64,000 nt of DNA from Macrostomum lignano. Its lineage: Eukaryota. The position numbers were made by a program, and so were the translations under genes. The DNA lies in contig NIVC01001170.1 in NCBI GenBank assembly GCA_002269645.1, positions 62,001-126,000 of the forward strand. The letters run 5' to 3'. Positions 17,500 through 27,657 of this stretch are shown here, one piece after another. The notes under the pieces are model-generated. The model was given only the letters and a program-made list of their open reading frames with translations. It made no database searches and was not told the DNA's origin. Numbering within the stretch: position 1 is the stretch's first letter; each line of letters begins with the position of its first letter.

Positions 17500-18330
17500 C
17501 AGCCATTCCCCATCAGAATCTCCTTCAACCATTCCCAAACAGAATCCCCCCTTTCAGCCATTTCCCAACAGAATTCCCCCTATCAGCCATTCCCCAACAG
17601 AATTCCCCCTATCAGCAATCACCCAACAGAATTCCCCCTTTCAGCAATCACCCTGACCCAACAGAATCCCCCCTATCAGCCATTCCTCAACAGAATTCCC
17701 CCTATCAGCAATCACCCTGACCCAACAGAATTCCCCCTTTCAGCCATTCCCCAACAGAATTCCCCCTTTCAGCCATTCCCCAACAGAATTCCCCCTTCAG
17801 CAATCACCCTGACCCAACAGAATTCCCCTTTCAGCCTTTCCCCAACAGAATTCCCCCTTTCAGCCATTCCCCAACAGAATTCCCCCTTTCAGCCATTCCC
17901 CAACAGAATTCCCCCTTTCAGCAATCACCCAACAGAATTCCCCCTATCAGCCATTCCCCAACAGAATTCCCCCTTTCAGCAATCACCCAACAGAATTCCC
18001 CCTTTCAGCCATTCCCCAACAGAATTCCCCCTTTCAGCCATTCCCCAACAGAATTCCCCCTTTCAGCAATCACCCTGACCCAACAGAATTCCCCCTTTCA
18101 GCCATTCCCCAACAGAATTCCCCCTTTCAGCCATTCCCCAACAGAATTCCCCCTTTCAGCCATTCCCCAACAGAATTCCCCCTTTCAGCCATTCCCCAAC
18201 AGAATTCCCCCTTTCAGCCATTCCCCAACAGAATTCCCCCTTTCAGCAATCACCCAACAGAATTCCCCCTTCAGCAATCACCCTGACCCAACAGAATTCC
18301 CCCTTTCAGCCATTCCCCAACAGAATTCCC
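17500..18330. repeat. 29-bp minisatellite CAGCCATTCCCCAACAGAATTCCCCCTTT
   Basis: Visible tandem array. Confidence 0.95.
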
Positions 18331-18495
18331 CCATTCATCTAGATAATTGTTTACCCCTTAAGCCATGTGCAATGCTCCTTATTCTCACTAACCTGTAGCT
18401 CTATCAAAATGTGTTCGCCCACATTTCAGCACTGGGACCGCTATATTACTACTATACTCAATCGGCAGTCGCAGTCTCACAGCTAGAATTCAATC

Positions 18496-19534
18496 ATGTC
18501 CCGCCAAGAGATGGGCCGCCGAGTGTACGTGGGCGATCTGCCAGGCGGTGCGGACGAACGCGACATTAAATCGGCGCTGCGCAGCTTCGGCGAACTAGAA
18601 TCTGTCTGGGTGCACGGTCGCGGCACCTATGCTTTTGTTACTTTTCGAGAACGCCGCGACGCTGAAGACGCCGTTAGAAGTCCGCCAAGAATACGCGGTG
18701 CAAGGGCTAGGTAAGGAGACTCCCGTAGCCTAATGGTCTAGCGCTGTGCTCTGATGTGCCAGCGGCCCAGGCTCGATTCCCCAGTGCAGTCACATTACAT
18801 AATTTGGGGCTAAACTGGAATCCCGGCTTGGCTCTGCTCGTGCAATTAACGCCCTGAGGGCCAACCCCCAAGGCACAGTAAAGTGTACATGCCAAACGAT
18901 AAATAAAGTTAGGGCCGCTGTACACTCCTGTGTGAGTGTGTGCCTGTGCGTATGACTGCGTACGTATCCGCGCGCTTGTGTGCCTGCTCAGGGGAGTCGG
19001 CGGAATGGGCAGCAATGCCTCTTGCCGGTTGTGTAACAATGGCGCTTAAAGTGCTCCAGGGTGTGTACTTTGAATCAATTGCCATTCATGCACACGCTCA
19101 CATAGGATGTACACCTTGACTTTACACATTCAACAATAGCTGTTTATTTTTTCCAACTTAGACTGGAACTGGCCAAGCACGAGAGGCGTCCCGCAGCTGC
19201 CGGCGGAGGAGGCGGTGGCGGAGGCGGCGGTGGCTTTCGAGGCCGCAGTCCGCGCGACGACCGGTGCTACAGCTGCGGCCGCAGCGGCCACTACGCTTAC
19301 GAGTGTCCGAGTCGAGGCGGCCTTGGCGGCCGCGGCAAGTACGGCGGTCGATCGCCCAGTCCGACAAGAGATCGGGGTGGCGGCAGCGGCGGTAGCCGAA
19401 GCAACCGAGGTCGCGATCGGGACCGGAGCCGCAGTCGCAGTCGTGGCCGAAGCCGCAGTCGCAGCGTCGATCGTCGTCGAGACCGCGGCAATCGCGGCGG
19501 CAGCAGCAGTCGGGGCAGCAGTCGCAGTCGCTAA
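18496..19534 (+). CDS. Second SRSF7-like protein (divergent RRM + zinc knuckle + RS), paralog B; exons 18496-18710, 19162-19534
   Basis: RRVYVGDL..AFVTFRERRDAEDAVR; phase-2 GT-AG join gives RARLELAK; CYSCGRSGHYAYECP; RS repeats to TAA at 19532-19534. Confidence 0.9.
18718..19062 (+). mobile_element. SINE family B, copy 2 (inserted just after the donor of the SRSF paralog B intron)
   Basis: TAGCCTAATGG..GGCTCGATTCC head and a body matching 4765-5060. Confidence 0.82.
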
Positions 19535-19565
19535 GCGCATCAAAGGTATATAACAGTCCTTTAAA

Positions 19566-20005
19566 AATCGCCCCTGAGTCATCAGTATAAGAATCGCCCC
19601 TGAGCCAGCAGTATAAGAATCGCCCCTGAGCCAGCAGTATAAGAATCGCCCCTGAGTCATCAGTATAAGAATCGCCCCTGAGTCATCAGTATAAGAATCG
19701 CCCCTGAGTCATCAGTATAAGAATCGCCCCTGAGCCATCAGTATAAGAATCGCCCCTGAGCCATCAGTATAAGAATCGCCCCTGAGCCATCAGTATAAGA
19801 ATCGCCCCTGAGCCATCAGTATAAGAATCGCCCCTGAGCCATCAGTATAAGAATCGCCCCTGAGCCATCAGTATAAGAATCGCCCCTGAGCCATCAGTAT
19901 AAGAATCGCCCCTGAGCCATCAGTATAAGAATCGCCCCTGAGCCATCAGTATAAGAATCGCCCCTGAGCCATCAGTATAAGAATCGCCCCTAGCCAGCCC
20001 TGAGC
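19566..20005. repeat. 26-bp minisatellite CAGTATAAGAATCGCCCCTGAGCCAT
   Basis: Visible tandem array. Confidence 0.95.
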
Positions 20006-20334
20006 TTAAACTTATAACTGTCCAATTCTGCCGAAAATTAAACACCTGACGATAAGCGAATAAACAGCCATTAACCGGAGTTGCTCTTGGGAGATGTTTT
20101 AAATTTTAAAATATAATTTACGTGTAATTTGTTATTATCAATGCCCATTGCTGTTGTATGTGTTTTGTATGTTTCTGCTAAACTTTGTTGGTCAAAAATT
20201 GCTGCATTTTTATTTTCTCTTCTTCTCCCTTTCATTCTATTTTAAATTTTATGTACCTGTTCGGTCCATATAGCTCTGTCTCCACTACCTGCATGTTGGC
20301 TATTGGTTATCTTCTAAAACCTTTTTTCAAAAAT

Positions 20335-20625
<291 letters not shown>

Positions 20626-21275
20626 TGCAAAAGTAGTTTGTATTGACAATTGAAATCGCTGAGACTGGAACTAAAACTACACTATATTACTCATAGCGAT
20701 ATATGCAAGTATATTATGTTAGGACATCCAAGATTGTGTAGTAACGTCACAAATGCTATGTTTCTTTCATATTTTTATGAACTTGTTTAGCGTAAAATAC
20801 CCAATAATTAATTAGACAAGTTCGACTCGGCGCATCACATATCGGCCCAGTGACTGTACAAAATCACTTTGGTTGCGCAGAACAGTGCTTGCGCATCTGT
20901 GAGTTTTTTGTTTGCGTTATAGCTTTCTGCAATGCTATAATTATATAATTATTGCCTTGAAATGTCACTATAGTAATTAATATTCAAATTCAATTAGGAC
21001 ATTATAGTGTGAAGTTGTTCATATGAACAACTAATAATTATGTTAATACCTTAATGACAAATAAATATGCCACTATTTGGGCACCTGCTAGTTTGCTGTT
21101 TAACTTGCTGTTGAATTTATTAATTTGTATTTTTTTTGTTTTGGTGTATTTTATTCATACTTATTTTCTTATATTAACTTAAGTCTAAAAGCACCTGTCG
21201 ATGCACTAATTTACAGGTAAATAATAAAAGCTGAGATCAATACTGTTTATTGACAAAATAATTTAATCGCGGCAC

Positions 21276-22563
21276 ATGAAGCCCAACCAGCCGCCACCGC
21301 TACCGCCGCATTCCAATTTGCCGACGTCGCACTTCTCCGCCGCAGCCGCCGCTGCCAGCCTCCAGCATCATCAGCACCACCAGCATCAGCTGTTGCAGCA
21401 GACTCGAGCTGATAACGAAGAGCGACAGCGCTTTCAGGTAATACCTACTTGGGTACAGGTGGCCGCTGTAACCTGTGGAACAGAATACATATCCCTTTAC
21501 CATAGAATCGCCCATTTATCCCAAAGAATCGCCCATCCATCCCATAAAATCGCCCATCCATCCCATAAAATCGCCTATCTCTACCATAGAATCGCCCATC
21601 TACCCCATAGAATCGCCCATCTACCCCATAGAATCGCCCATAGATCCCATAAAATCGCCTATCTGTACCATAGAATCGCCCATCTATCCCATAGAATCGC
21701 CCATCCATCCCATAAAATCGCCTATCTATACCATAGAATCGCCTATCTACCCCATAGAATCGCCCATCTACTCCATAGAATCGCCCATCATCCCATAGAA
21801 TCGCCCATCTATCCCATAGAATCGCCCATCTATCCCATAGAATCGCCCATCTATCCCATAAAATCGCCCATCTATACCATAGAATCGCCCATCTATCCCA
21901 TAGAATCGCCCATCTATCCCATAGAATCGCCCATCTATCCCATAGAATCGCCCATCTATCCCATAGAATCGCCCATCTATCCCATAAAATCGCCCATCTA
22001 TACCATAGAATCGCCTATCTATACCATAGAATCGCCTATCTACCCCATAGAATCGCCCATCTACCCCATAGAATCGCCCATCTATCCCATAAAATCGCCC
22101 ATCTAACTATGGATACGCAAAGAATTAAACAGCCTATGTTTATTCATCCCAACCACATCCCACCCCGCAGGTTGAACTAGAGTTCGTCCAGTGCCTGGGC
22201 AATCCGAATTACCTGAACTTCTTAGCCCAGCGTCGCTTCTTTGAGAAACGCGAATTCATCAACTACTTAAGCTACCTGCAGTACTGGAAAGAGGCGGACT
22301 ACGTCAAGTACATCAAGTACCCATTCTGTCTGCAGCTGCTGGATCTACTGCAGCATCAGCAGTTTCGCAAAGACATCGCTAAAACAGGCCTAGCTAGGGA
22401 AGTTGACGAGCAGATCCTATTGCATTGGCAGCACTATATACCTAAGCGGCATCGGTTGCTAACTAGACAGGCCAATCAGCAACTGCAGGAGCAGCAGGAG
22501 CAGCAGCAGCAGCAGGGCGTCGATGGCGGATCCGTTCCAGCATCAACAGCTGGCCGGTCGTGA
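21276..22563 (+). CDS. MED31: Mediator subunit 31 (SOH1); exons 21276-21437, 22171-22563
   Basis: RQRFQ|VELEFVQCLGNPNYLNFLAQR..FINYLSYLQYWKE..Y.KYIKYPFCL..LDLLQ..FR is the SOH1/MED31 signature. TGA at 22561-22563. Confidence 0.95.
21497..22105. repeat. 21-bp minisatellite ATAGAATCGCCCATCTATCCC (MED31 intron)
   Basis: Visible tandem array; the unit is a multiple of 3 and produces spurious long ORFs. Confidence 0.95.
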
Positions 22564-24891
22564 AGGCGGCGGCGGAAATCGCGGCTCGGACGATTGTCTT
22601 GACGAGCTGATCGACCGACTGCGCGGTATTCGGCGAACACTGTGCTCCTTGATTGCTAAAGTTGACGAGAAGCGTCCGGCCACCTGGCCTGAGGTAAGGT
22701 GACTGGCGGCAATTGTCCTGATTCTTTGTTTGCGCTTGTCTGTCATGTGGTTTCGATTTCCCTGGCTAACTAAGGGTTGTCGGATTGTCTCTGAGGTTGT
22801 CAGAATCTGTCTCTGAGGTTGTCAGATTCTGTCTCTGAGGTTGTCAGATTCTCTCTGAGGTTGTCAGATTCTGTCTCTGAGGTTGTCAAATTCTCTCTGA
22901 GGTTGTCAGATTCTGTCTCTGAGGTTGTCAGATTCTCTCTGAGGTTGTCAGATTCTCTCTCTGAGGTTGTCAGATTCTCTCTCTGAGGTTGTCAGATTCT
23001 GTCTCTGAGGTTGTCAGATTCTCTCTGAGGTTGTCAGATTCTGTCTCTGAGGTTGTCAGATTCTCTCTGAGGTTGTCAGATTCTCTCTCTGAGGTTGTCA
23101 GATTCTGTCTCTGAGGTTGTCAGATTCTCTCTGAGGTTGTCAGATTCTGTCTCTGAGGCTGTCAGATTCTCTCTCTGAGGTTGTCAGATTCTGTCTCTGA
23201 GGTTGTCAGATTCTCTCTGAGGTTGTCAGATTCTGTCTCTGAGGTTGTCAAATTCTCTCTGAGGTTGTCAGATTCTGTCTCTGAGGTTGTCAGATTCTCT
23301 CTGAGGTTGTCAGATTCTCTCTCTGAGGTTGTCAGATTCTGTCTCTGAGGCTGTCAGATTCTCTCTCTGAGGTTGTCAGATTCTGTCTCTGAGGTTGTCA
23401 GATTCTCTCTGAGGTTGTCAGATTCTGTCTCTGAGGTTGTCAGATTCTCTCTGAGGTTGTCAGATTCTGTCTCTGAGATTGTCAGATTCTGTCTCTGAAG
23501 TTGTCAGATTCTGTCTCTGAGGTTGTCAGATTCTGTCTCTGAGGTTGTCAGATTCTGTCTCTGAGGTTGTCAGATTCTGTCTCTGAGGCTGTCGGATTCT
23601 GTCTCTGAGTTTGTCAGATTCTGTCTCTGAGGTTGTCAGATTCTGTCTCTGAGGTTGTCAGATTCTGTCTCTGAGGCTGTCGGATTCTGTCTCTGAGGTT
23701 GTCAGATTCTGTCTCTGAGGCTGTCAGATTCTCTCTCTCAGGTTGCCAGATTCTCTCTCTCAGGTTGCCAGATTCTGTCTCTGAGGTTGTCAGATTCTGT
23801 CTCTGAGATTGTCAGATTCTGTCTCTGAGGTTGTCAGATTCTGTCTCTGAGGCTGTCGGATTCTGTCTCTGAGGTTGTCAGATTCTGTCTCTGAGGTTGT
23901 CAGATTCTCTCTCTCAGGTTGCCAGACTCTGTCTCTGAGGTTGTCAGATTCTGTCTCTGAGGTTGTCAGATTCTGTCTCTGAGGTTGTCAGATTCTGTCT
24001 CTGAGGTTGTCAGATTCTGTCTCTGAGGCTGTCGGATTCTGTCTCTGAGTTTGTCAGATTCTGTCTCTGAGGTTGTCAGATTCTGTCTCTGAGGTTGTCA
24101 GATTCTCTCTCTCAGGTTGCCAGACTCTGTCTCTGAGGTTGTCAGATTCTGTCTCTGAGGTTGTCAGATTCTGTCTCTGAGGTTGTCAGATTCTGTCTCT
24201 GAGGTTGTCAGATTCTCTCTGAGGTTGTCAGATTCTGTCTCTGAGGTTGTCAGATTCTCTCTGAGGTTGTCAGATTCTCTCTGAGGTTGTCAGATTCTCT
24301 CTGAGGTTGTCAGATTCTCTCTGAGGTTGTCAGATTCTCTCTGAGGTTGTCAGATTCTGATGTTTCAAACTTATTTAAATTACTGAGGTGAAGCAAGTGT
24401 CAGATAAATTTTGTCTTCAACAACGCCAAACAAACCGCCAACTACAGATTCTGAACTGCCTGGCCGAGTGCGTCTCCCAGCTCTCCGCCCTGCACCGCAC
24501 CCTGCGCAACGAGAAGCAGCTTCGTTTAAATGATTTCGCTCTACTACCAATTGGCCTGAGTCCGCAGCTCGATCAGCACCTGTTGAACCACACAGAAGGC
24601 CGTCTCGGCCTGCTTAATCACGACAGCGTGCCGCACTATCTGCGAACTAAACTCGACCTGAGCGTTGAGCACAGGCGCAACGAGTTTCAGAAATCCAGCA
24701 CTAACATTGAAGCTCAGCCGAGAACGTCCGAGCAGATGCGTAAAGCGGCCGAGACCGCATTGAATTCATTGAAACAGGCCAGGCCGGACTTTGAGAATGA
24801 GCAGTCGGAGCGGAACCAGACTATGCGTAGCAATGAGCAGGATACGGCTAAACTGCTGCTAGCCATTAACTTTGGTATTGGACTCAATTGA
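22523..24891 (+). CDS. MED8: Mediator subunit 8; exons 22523-22693, 24448-24891; start overlaps MED31 3' end
   Basis: LDELIDRL..TLCSLIAKVD..TWPE|ILNCLA..QLSALHRTLRNEK..LLPIGLSPQLD..TEGRL..HDSVPHYLRTKLD..LLLAINFGIGL matches recalled MED8 (TWPSVLD, TEGRVPVFSH, VPDHLRTKPD, AVAFGKGL). Clean gtaagg/ctacag phase-0 intron. Confidence 0.9.
22780..24358. repeat. 20/22-bp minisatellite CTCTGAGGTTGTCAGATTCT(GT) (MED8 intron)
   Basis: Visible tandem array. Confidence 0.96.
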
Positions 24892-25294
24892 CTCAGTTTC
24901 GCTGTCTCACACTGTGCTGCTCACATCTCTTATTCATTATTCTCTGCATGATTGGTTCCCTAACGATTTGACCTTCCGGTGACCCTTAGTAATACTTCAT
25001 TTATTGTCTCAATGCTTTATATCTTGTAATTACTAATATCAAGCTTAGCATTCTAATTAAATGTGAATTGTATTAAAGAATAAACACGCTTATCGTTCAT
25101 TACTTATTGATATATTTAAATACAAAAATGTTTCTTTTAATTGGCATATAATTAATGTTTGGTTTTTACTGTTAATGTTGTTAATAAAGCTACTAATTAA
25201 TAACATACTAATTATTATGCATGCATTCTCGACTGAGCAGCCATTCTCAAGCTATAAGCTAGACAACAACGATTCGGAGGTACAACCGAGATAA

Positions 25295-26698
25295 ATGTCC
25301 CAGCTGCTACTGGGCTATGCCAGCCGCCTGCTAGGCTGTCAGTCTCGCTCGGGCTCGGCCGCAACAACCGCTGCCGCCGCCGCCATTCTCAGCCAGCAGC
25401 CGGTGCGGCACAAATCGCCTCTACAGAAAGTTCGCAAGCGCGGCCCGTTTCCGGAATGGACCAAGACCGACCCGGACCCGCACCTGTTCACGCGGCACAT
25501 TCCCAAAACTGACGAGCGTCGGACTAAAGCTGTCCGGCCGCCTGGCAAGTACCAGATATTCAGCGTGCACTACGATCCTATTGTAAACAGCTTTGCTGGA
25601 CACTTTGTCAAATGCGGCGAGCGAGACAAATTGCGCGACGTGTTCACCCAGATGATGGCAGAGATCAAGCACATCCAGATGGCCCGGCGAAACGCCGCGC
25701 CGCCTGAGGAGAAAGCGTCCATTGAGGCTAGTTCACTCTGGGATTGGAAATCTTTGGGAGTAGGAAATCCTTCGAGATCTTCCCAACCAAATAGATCCTG
25801 ATCTGCTGGGCCAGCCTCCCAAATCCTCGGTTGCTGGGCCACTGCTCTCCCAGATCCTCAGTTGTTGGGCCACCGCTCTCCCAGATCCTCAGTTGTTGGG
25901 CCACCGCTCTCCCAGATCCTCAGTTGTTGGGCCACCGCTCTCCCAGATCCTCAGCTGCTGAGACAGCCTCCCAGATCCTCAGTTGTTGGGCCACCGCTCT
26001 CCCAGATCCTCAGCTGCTGAGACAGCCTCCCAGATCCTTAGTTGCTGGGCTACCGCTCTCCCAGATCCTCAGCTGCTGAGACAGCCTCCCAGATCCTTAG
26101 TTGCTGGGCCACCGCTCTCCCAGATCCTCAGCTGCTGAGACAGCCTCCCAGATCCTCAGTTGCTGGGCCACCGCTCTCCCAGATCCTCAGCTGCTGAGAC
26201 AGCCTCCCAGATCCTTAGTTGCTGGGCCAGCCTCCCAGATCCTCAGTTGTTCGGCCACCGCCACCCTCCCAGATCCTCAGCTGCAGAGACAGCCTCCCAG
26301 ATCCTCAGTTGCTGGCCCAGCCTCCCAGATCCCCGGTCTTTCTACAGCCATAGAATTCCACTAACTAAGCCTCACCATCGCTGCAGGTGGACCCCACTCG
26401 CGTCATACACAAAGCCGTTGAGAACTGCTCACCTCTGCTCATCATTAAGCACGTGTTTCGCGGCGGCTTCCTATACAAAGTGCCCTGCCCGCTGCGCGAG
26501 TCGGAGAGTCAAATGCGAGCGTTTAAATTTCTGCGAATTGCGTCAAACGTTCGCGGCACTAAGGAGCACCTGTACCGCTCGCTGGCCAGGGAGCTGGTGA
26601 ATGCCAGCAACAATGAAGGCAAAGCTGTGCACGCCAAATTGCAATTGCACAAAACATGCGAAGAGAACAGGGCCTATGCTAATTATCGTATAACCTGA
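25295..26698 (+). CDS. MRPS7: Mitochondrial ribosomal protein S7 (uS7m); exons 25295-25726, 26387-26698 (GC-AG intron favoured)
   Basis: Arg/Ser/Ala-rich targeting-like N-terminus. AAPPEEKASIE|VDP..HKAVENCSP..GGFLYKVPCPL..ELVNASNNEG..K..LHKTCEENRAYANYR matches uS7m. Confidence 0.92.
25790..26335. repeat. 28-bp GCTGGGCC family minisatellite, locus 2 (MRPS7 intron)
   Basis: Visible tandem array with variants. Confidence 0.94.
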
Positions 26699-27180
26699 GC
26701 TGTTAGCTAAGATTGTCTTAAGTCGACTGTAGTTTTTACCTGTCTAATCCGCCTGTTTGCTTTCGCTTATCTAAGCAGGTTCAATGCCATTTATAAATAA
26801 ATTATTTCAATTTAAATTTCTTCTACTCTGTTAAATGTTTGATTTTTCAATCACTTATCTGGTATTGTTAGGCAATGCATGGATTTTATTAATTTCATAT
26901 TTCTGTCCTAATCTAGCCTTAAGATTTTCCATAGACCGACCTCCAGATTGTTCCTTAATCCAGTCTCAGTATCTCCCATGATCCTAACGCCAAAGTTTCC
27001 CATAATCTAGTCCGAAAATTTCCCATAAAATAGTCCTAGATCTCCCATAATCCAGTCTCATGATCCTCCATAATCCTCCATGCGAATCTCCATTAATCCA
27101 TCCCGAAAATCTCACCTAATCCATACTGAGGTTTATCCTCTTATCTGAACCCTCATGAAGTTGCAACTTACAAAACCTCA

Positions 27181-27351
27181 GCTTTGCATTGGTGTGTACC
27201 AAGCCAGCCCTTCTTATTATACCATCATGAGCTGGCCTGGAAGGATTAAACAATGCAATATTAAACAGCTGTGCTGTCAGGCTTTACACCGTGCCGATTG
27301 CTTTTTGAATATTTGCTGTTGCAATTGACACTCCGAGGCCTGTCTACATGT
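27181..27351 (+). ncRNA. Box H/ACA snoRNA, copy 2 (between MRPS7 and METTL14)
   Basis: Near-identical to 8303-8470. H box at 27258-27263, ACA at 27346-27348. The lower 3' stem is CAGGC/GCCTG (G-C where copy 1 has G-U). Confidence 0.78.
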
Positions 27352-27394
27352 TCTATTGAAATAATATATATATGTAGTCGTTGGGTTGTCGGGC

Positions 27395-27560
27395 AATTCG
27401 AACCCGTGAGTGCCAGCCCCAAAGGCGCAGACTGTACATGCCTTACGATTATAAAGTCAGGACTGATGTGTACACCCTGTGTGAGCGCGTGTAGAGTGCG
27501 CGCCTGCGTTCAGTAATGGCACGCTTGCTTGTGCTCAGAAGTCAGTGGAATCGGCAGAAT
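27395..27560 (+). mobile_element. Divergent relative or fragment of SINE family B
   Basis: TGTACATGCC..ACGAT..AAAGT.AGG.CTG.TGTACAC.C.TGTGTGAG..GGAAT.GGCAG shared with family B. Confidence 0.55.
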
Positions 27561-27657
27561 TTCGTTTTTTAGAATTTTTGCTGCATTTAACTACTGTTAG
27601 TAGTTGTTCATAAACTTTTCAATATTGACATTTTACTTATGTCTGAAAGCAGCGCCC

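Noticed and set aside
18975-19015. GGCGGAATGGGCAG resembling the 3' end of an HDV-like ribozyme in SINE B
   Set aside because: Only a simple CTGCTCA/TGGGCAG hairpin; there is no room for P1, P3, P1.1 or P4.
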